NCBI GenBank assembly: GCA_015059485.1
Contig: SVAH01000003.1
Location: 57,627 to 121,626 of the forward strand
DNA length: 64,000 nucleotides
Direction: 5' to 3'
DNA from: Bacillota bacterium
GTDB lineage: Bacteria; Bacillota_I; Bacilli_A; RF39; UBA660
Positions 59,241 to 64,000 of this stretch are shown piece by piece. A program made the translations under genes and the position numbers. The notes beneath the pieces were generated by a model. The model was not told where the DNA came from. It worked only from the letters and a program-made list of their open reading frames with translations, and did no database searches. The first letter of the stretch is position 1. Each line of letters starts with the position of its first letter.

Positions 59241-60827
59241 ATGGAATATAAAGTTTTATATAGAAAATATAGGCCTGATACATTTGAAAAAATTGTAGGT
59301 CAAGATTATACAGTAAATATATTAAAAAACGCGATAATTAATGAAAAAATAGCCCATGCATATATTTTTAATGGACCAAGAGGAACGGGAAAGACGAGTA
59401 CTGCAAAAGTATTTGCAAAAACAATTAATTGTGAAAATCCAAAAGATGGAGAAGCCTGTGGTAAATGTAATTCGTGCATAAATTTAAATAATAATCCAGA
59501 TATAATAGAAATAGATGCAGCATCAAATAATGGCGTAGATGAAATAAGAGAATTAATTAATAATATAAAGATAGCACCATCTTATAGTAAATATAAGGTA
59601 TATATAATAGATGAAGTTCATATGATGACACAAAGTGCTTTTAATGCACTATTATTAACATTAGAGGAGCCTCCAAAACACGTAGTATTTATACTTGCTA
59701 CAACAAATATAGAAAGTGTCCCAATAACAATATTATCTAGATGTCAGAAGTTTGATTTTAAAAAAATAAGCAATGATGTAATAGAAAATAACATTTCAGA
59801 AATTTGTAAAAAAGAGAAAATAAAAATAACTGAAGATGCAATGAAAGAAATAGCATATTTGTCAGAAGGTGGAATGAGAGATGCACTGAGCATACTAGAT
59901 CAATTGGCATCAGAAAATATTGAAATAACACTTGATTTAATAATAGATAATTTTGGTTCTGTTCCTGCAGTCTTAGTTGATAATATAATAGATGCATTAA
60001 ATAATAATGAATTTGACTTATTAAAAGAGAATATTGATAAATTAAAAAATGGAAATGTAGATTATAAAATTTTTATAAAAAGGTTAATAGATAAATTATC
60101 CTATCTAGTATTTGAACAAGGTAAATTGAATTACTTGGATGCTGAAAAAATAAAATTAATAGTATTTGATTTAATAAAAGTAATAAATAATTATAATATA
60201 AATATTAATCCTTTTATATTAATTGAATTAGTTTTAATAGAGCATTTAGAAATTAAATCTATGGAAAATAATTCAAAAAATATTTCCCGGGAAATAATTA
60301 GCAATGAAAATGTCCAACAAAAAGAAGAAAAAAATATTGAAAATAGCAATAATGAAATAATGATAAATAAAGAAATAAGAATTAATAATTGTTTTGTTGC
60401 TGCAACAAAAGATAATTTGAAATCAGCACAAGCAGCAATAAAAAAAATAATTGAGGAAAATAGTGATGATAAACTATTATTATCTATGTTAGTGGATTCA
60501 TCAGTAGTAGCGGCATCAGATAAATATTATATATTGTGTTCTTCACTTGATAGTATAGTCAAAATTATAAATATAAATCATATTTTAATAGAAAAAAAAT
60601 TGGAAAATATAAAAGTAATAGCACTAACGGAAGAAGAATGGTTAAATGAAAAAAATAAATATATAATTAATTTAAAAAATAATGTAAAATATAATTATAT
60701 TGATGAAGAAGATTCTAGAAATGATACATTAAAAATTGAAGATGTTAAAGATTCAATAGTAAAAAATGAATCAATGGAGGAAATAGCAGAATCATTATTT
60801 TCATCAAATAAAATAGAAATAGAGTAA
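59241..60827 (+). CDS. dnaX: DNA polymerase III subunit gamma/tau
   Basis: LYRKYRP, Walker A GPRGTGKTSTAKVFAK, zinc module CGKCNSC, DEVHM, SRCQKFDF. GGGGTGA RBS before the ATG at 59241. Confidence 0.95.
   Translation: MEYKVLYRKYRPDTFEKIVGQDYTVNILKNAIINEKIAHAYIFNGPRGTGKTSTAKVFAKTINCENPKDGEACGKCNSCINLNNNPDIIEIDAASNNGVDEIRELINNIKIAPSYSKYKVYIIDEVHMMTQSAFNALLLTLEEPPKHVVFILATTNIESVPITILSRCQKFDFKKISNDVIENNISEICKKEKIKITEDAMKEIAYLSEGGMRDALSILDQLASENIEITLDLIIDNFGSVPAVLVDNIIDALNNNEFDLLKENIDKLKNGNVDYKIFIKRLIDKLSYLVFEQGKLNYLDAEKIKLIVFDLIKVINNYNININPFILIELVLIEHLEIKSMENNSKNISREIISNENVQQKEEKNIENSNNEIMINKEIRINNCFVAATKDNLKSAQAAIKKIIEENSDDKLLLSMLVDSSVVAASDKYYILCSSLDSIVKIININHILIEKKLENIKVIALTEEEWLNEKNKYIINLKNNVKYNYIDEEDSRNDTLKIEDVKDSIVKNESMEEIAESLFSSNKIEIE
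60282..60295. promoter_or_regulatory. candidate Noc-binding site (ATTTCCCGGGAAAT)
   Basis: Exact match to the B. subtilis NBS 14-mer consensus as I recall it. Extended 16-bp palindrome TATTTCCCGGGAAATA. CCCGGG stands out in this AT-rich DNA. Lies inside the dnaX linker-coding region. Confidence 0.55.
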
Positions 60828-60846
60828 AAGAAAGAAGGAATAGAAT

Positions 60847-61143
60847 ATGAATATGCAGAAATTAATGGCTGAGGCTCAAAAGATGCAAAGAGATATTACA
60901 AAAAAACAAAGTGAATTAGAAAGTACAATCTTTGAGGGAAAATCAGAATGGATTGAATTGTCAATGAATGGTAAGTATGAGATGAAATCATTTAAAATTA
61001 CATATAATGGGCCAATTGAGGAAGATGATAAAGAAATGTTAGAAGATATGATTAATATAGCTTTAACAGATGCAATAAAGAAAATTAATAATCAAAAAGA
61101 AAAAATGATGAGTTCATATGGTTCAATGGGTGGCTTGTTTTAA
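60847..61143 (+). CDS. ybaB: nucleoid-associated protein YbaB/EbfC
   Basis: MQKLMAEAQKMQRDITKKQSEL... and the C-terminal GMGGLF-type tail. dnaX-ybaB-recR synteny. Confidence 0.9.
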   Translation: MNMQKLMAEAQKMQRDITKKQSELESTIFEGKSEWIELSMNGKYEMKSFKITYNGPIEEDDKEMLEDMINIALTDAIKKINNQKEKMMSSYGSMGGLF

Positions 61144-61748
61144 TGATATATCCTAAAAAATTAGAACAATTAATTGAATGGTATAAAAAACTTCCTACTA
61201 TTGGGGAAAAAAGTGCTGAAAGATTAGCATTAGCAACATTAGAAATGCAACTTGAAGATGTAGAAAATTTTTCAAAATCTTTATTAGATGCTAAAAAATG
61301 TATAACAAAATGTAAGGTATGTGGTAATTTATCTGATACAGAAACTTGCTTTGTATGTTCTAATGAAAATAGAAAAAAAGATATAATATGTGTAATAGAG
61401 GATTCTAAAAGTTTATTTAGTATTGAAAAAGTTGGTAATTATAATGGAACGTATCATGTATTAAATGGACTTATTTCTCCTAAGGATGATATAGGAATAG
61501 ATGATATTAATTTGTCGTCTTTAGTTAAAAGAGTTGAAAATTTAGATAATCCTGAATTGATATTAGCACTTAAATCGTCTATGGAAGGTGAAACAACTAT
61601 ATTGTATATAAAGAAATTATTTGAAAAAAATAAGAAAGTTAAAATTTCTAGATTGTCTTATGGAATACCAATGGGAGCTGAATTGGATTATTTGGATGTT
61701 ATCACATTAGATAAAGCGTTGGAAGATAGAAAAACAATATCTGAATAA
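61143..61748 (+). CDS. recR: recombination protein RecR
   Basis: HhH N-terminus LPTIGEKSAERLAL, C4 zinc finger CKVCGN..CFVC, Toprim domain. Confidence 0.95.
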   Translation: MIYPKKLEQLIEWYKKLPTIGEKSAERLALATLEMQLEDVENFSKSLLDAKKCITKCKVCGNLSDTETCFVCSNENRKKDIICVIEDSKSLFSIEKVGNYNGTYHVLNGLISPKDDIGIDDINLSSLVKRVENLDNPELILALKSSMEGETTILYIKKLFEKNKKVKISRLSYGIPMGAELDYLDVITLDKALEDRKTISE

Positions 61749-61799
61749 GATTCATTTTATATTAATTTTTATCATATAATTATTTGAAGGATGATATAT

Positions 61800-61988
61800 A
61801 TGATGAAAATTTTAAAATTATTTGTAAAAAAAGTAGTATTAGCATTTGTACTATTATATGGATTAAATATGATAACTACTTCAATAAATGTATTTATACC
61901 AATAAATTATATTACTTTATTTATTGTATCTTTTTTGGGGGTACCAGGATTGTTGGCACTTATATCATTATTTTTTTTAATAAATTAG
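61800..61988 (+). CDS. bofA: pro-sigma-K processing inhibitor BofA
   Basis: Two-TM 62-aa protein with the LGVPGLLAL motif. Located after recR, as in B. subtilis. GAAGG RBS 9 nt before the ATG at 61800. Confidence 0.7.
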   Translation: MMKILKLFVKKVVLAFVLLYGLNMITTSINVFIPINYITLFIVSFLGVPGLLALISLFFLIN

Positions 61989-61998
61989 AGGTGATGTA

Positions 61999-62823
61999 AT
62001 GAAATTAATAAATAATATAAATCATATAATTAATAGCTATAATGAGAATAAACTTTCTCATGCTTTTTTAATTGAGTCAAACAATATTGATAAATGTTTA
62101 AAAGATGTAAAAAAGGTAATTAAAATAATAAATTGTGAAAAGAAATATGAAGAAAATTGTGAAATATGTAACTTATGTTATCAAATAGACAATAATACAT
62201 TACCTAGTTTTATAATAGTAGAGCCTGATGGTTCTTCAATAAAAAAAGAGCAGATAATAGAATTGAAAGAAAAAATGTTTACTAAACCTATCTATTCAAA
62301 GTACAATACCTATATAATAATGAACGCAGAAAAATTGAATAATTCATCCGCAAATACAATGTTAAAATTTATTGAGGAGCCAGAAGAAAATATAATAGGT
62401 TTTTTTATAACAAATAATAAAAAAAATATCATTGATACGATAAAAAGTAGATGCCAAGAAATAGTACAAAATTATGAAGAAGAACAGATAGAATTTGATC
62501 AAGAAAAATTAGAATTAGTGAAAGAATATATCAAAAATATTGAACTAGATAATAAGCATGCAATGATGTATAATAAGAATGTATTTCTTGAACAAAATTA
62601 TACTCGTGAAGAGATAATAAAAATATTTAAAAAAATTTTTAATATATATAATTCAATTTATAATAATGATGTTACTTTACAAAAAGAATTTGAATATTTA
62701 AATATACAAAATAGAGAAACATTAGCAAGGAAATTGTTAAAAATAAATAAAACAATTGAAAATATTTCAAAAAATGGTAATATAAATTTGATTTTAGATT
62801 CATTTGTAATAGAAATGAGGTAA
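61999..62823 (+). CDS. holB: DNA polymerase III delta-prime subunit
   Basis: LSHAFLIE, zinc-module-like CEICNLC, SANTMLKFIEEP and SRCQ motifs of clamp-loader delta-prime. Confidence 0.85.
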   Translation: MKLINNINHIINSYNENKLSHAFLIESNNIDKCLKDVKKVIKIINCEKKYEENCEICNLCYQIDNNTLPSFIIVEPDGSSIKKEQIIELKEKMFTKPIYSKYNTYIIMNAEKLNNSSANTMLKFIEEPEENIIGFFITNNKKNIIDTIKSRCQEIVQNYEEEQIEFDQEKLELVKEYIKNIELDNKHAMMYNKNVFLEQNYTREEIIKIFKKIFNIYNSIYNNDVTLQKEFEYLNIQNRETLARKLLKINKTIENISKNGNINLILDSFVIEMR

Positions 62824-62827
62824 TAGT

Positions 62828-63619
62828 TTGAGAGTATATGGTGTTAAATTTAATGACAAAGGGAAAACATATAATTTTAAATCAGAAATAGAGTGTCCTA
62901 TCAATGTTACAGTAATAGTAGAAACCGAGAAAGGACTTCAATTTGGTAAAGTAGTAAAAGAAATTGAAATAGACAATAAAAAATTTGATGAAAATTATAA
63001 AGACATAATAAGAATATCTACTAAAGATGATTATCATATTTATTTAAACAATTTAAAGGATGCAGAAAAAGCTTTGAAAAATGCGAAGAGTATTGTTAAC
63101 GAATTAAAATTAAATATGAATTTGATAGATGCTAATTATACATTTGATAGAAAGCAGTTATTATTCAATTTTTATGCAGAAGAACGTATTGATTTTAGAG
63201 AATTAGCAAAAAAGTTAGCAGCATCATATAAAACTAGAATAGAACTTCGTCAAATCGGAGCTCGTGATAAGGCAGAACAGATTGGCGGAATAGGAATGTG
63301 TGGTAGAGCATTATGCTGTTCTGGATTTTTAAAAAATAAGGAGACTGTAACAATAAATATGGCAAAAAATCAAAACTTATCTTTAAATCCATCAAAAATT
63401 AATGGATTATGTGGAAGACTTTTATGTTGTTTAGGATATGAAGATGAAGAATATACATGCTGTAGAAAGATGCTTCCAGAAATTGGTGAATCTGTAAAAA
63501 CCGAGTACGGTATGGGAGTTGTTACAAGTCTAGATATATTAAATAAAAAATATCAAATAGAAAAAGATGGTGAAATCTTTAATATTGAAGTAAGTGAAAA
63601 AAATGAAAGTAATAAATGA
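62828..63619 (+). CDS. ricT: PSP1-domain protein YaaT/RicT (stage 0 sporulation)
   Basis: PSP1 core (FDRKQLLFNFYAEERIDFRELAKKLA) and Cys cluster GMCGRALCCSGFL..LCGRLLCCL. Position after holB. Confidence 0.88.
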   Translation: MRVYGVKFNDKGKTYNFKSEIECPINVTVIVETEKGLQFGKVVKEIEIDNKKFDENYKDIIRISTKDDYHIYLNNLKDAEKALKNAKSIVNELKLNMNLIDANYTFDRKQLLFNFYAEERIDFRELAKKLAASYKTRIELRQIGARDKAEQIGGIGMCGRALCCSGFLKNKETVTINMAKNQNLSLNPSKINGLCGRLLCCLGYEDEEYTCCRKMLPEIGESVKTEYGMGVVTSLDILNKKYQIEKDGEIFNIEVSEKNESNK

Positions 63620-64000
63620 TTTGTTTGATTATGAAAATTTAAAAATTGTTCAAGATGAAGATTATTTTAAATTTTCTATAGATTCAATACTTCTAGCAGA
63701 ATATACCAAAATAACTAATAAAGATCAGAGTATATTGGATTTATGTAGTGGCAATCTACCAGTTCCATTTATATTAAATTACAAGTATAAAAAAAATATA
63801 AACGCTATAGAATTACAAGATGAAATATACGATTGTGGAGTAGAATCAATAAATATAAATAAACTAGGTAGTAGTGTTAATTATATCCATGATAATGTAA
63901 AAAATGTATTCGATTATTTTAAAGAAAATAGTATGGATGTAATAACATGTAATCCACCATATTTTAAAAATAGTTTAAAAAATGAGAACAATGTTAAATC
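63603..64000 (+). CDS. N6-adenine SAM-dependent methyltransferase (YabB / tRNA m6A37 TrmN6-like), 3-prime truncated by the window edge
   Basis: Hand translation MKVINDLFDYENLKIVQDEDYFKFSIDSILLAEY...LDLCSGN...VITCNPPYF (NPPY motif). The ATG overlaps the end of ricT. The ORF runs off the window. Confidence 0.7.
   Translation, partial: MKVINDLFDYENLKIVQDEDYFKFSIDSILLAEYTKITNKDQSILDLCSGNLPVPFILNYKYKKNINAIELQDEIYDCGVESININKLGSSVNYIHDNVKNVFDYFKENSMDVITCNPPYFKNSLKNENNVK

Noticed and set aside
61784-61999. 71-aa ORF overlapping bofA in another frame
   Set aside because: The alternative frame (61800-61988) gives a two-TM protein with the BofA LGVPGLLAL motif and a properly spaced RBS. The 71-aa frame has neither.
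1-64000. CRISPR arrays, IS elements, rRNA genes, prophage or recognisable defence systems
   Set aside because: I saw no regularly spaced direct repeats, no transposase, integrase or Cas-like ORFs and no rRNA-like GC-rich blocks anywhere in the window.

Overview
Origin-of-replication region of a very AT-rich, endospore-forming low-GC Firmicute. spoIID, spoIIR, bofA, a SpoIIQ-like gene, yaaT, rpoE (RNA polymerase delta) and comK point to a Bacilli/Erysipelotrichia-like lineage. Positions 1-18 kb carry minus-strand housekeeping genes: spoIID, rpiB, rpmE, murA, spoIIR, prmC, prfA, rpoE, argS, uvrB, murE, plus one plus-strand class A PBP. Positions 18-38.5 kb are an accessory, cell-envelope-heavy stretch: a sipW/TasA-like fibre operon, tRNA-Cys, LysM and DUF4352-like proteins, phosphoketolase, two GT-C-like polytopic membrane proteins, a lipoprotein, an orphan sortase B and two large unannotatable coiled-coil proteins. 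It ends at tmRNA (ssrA). From 38.9 kb everything runs on the plus strand: rpmH-rnpA-yidC-jag, (ABC exporter, minus), mnmE-mnmG-rsmG-noc, SDR, DnaA boxes, dnaA-dnaN, comK, recF-gyrB-gyrA, three perfect parS sites, tadA, dnaX-ybaB-recR-bofA-holB-yaaT. The item most worth a second look is a roughly 500-nt non-coding, locally GC-enriched segment at 4650-5147. It is driven by a perfect extended-10 sigma-A promoter and sits directly upstream of a 170-aa four-TM DUF21-like mini-protein. That layout resembles the OLE RNA/OapA ribonucleoprotein, but I could not match the RNA to any family by eye. Other points: a Noc-type ParB paralog without soj-spo0J and with a long low-complexity insert; a perfect Noc-binding palindrome inside dnaX; the rpmH-to-noc block oriented toward oriC rather than away from it; and comK in the dnaN-recF slot. 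All calls come from reading the sequence and remembered family motifs. No database search was run.
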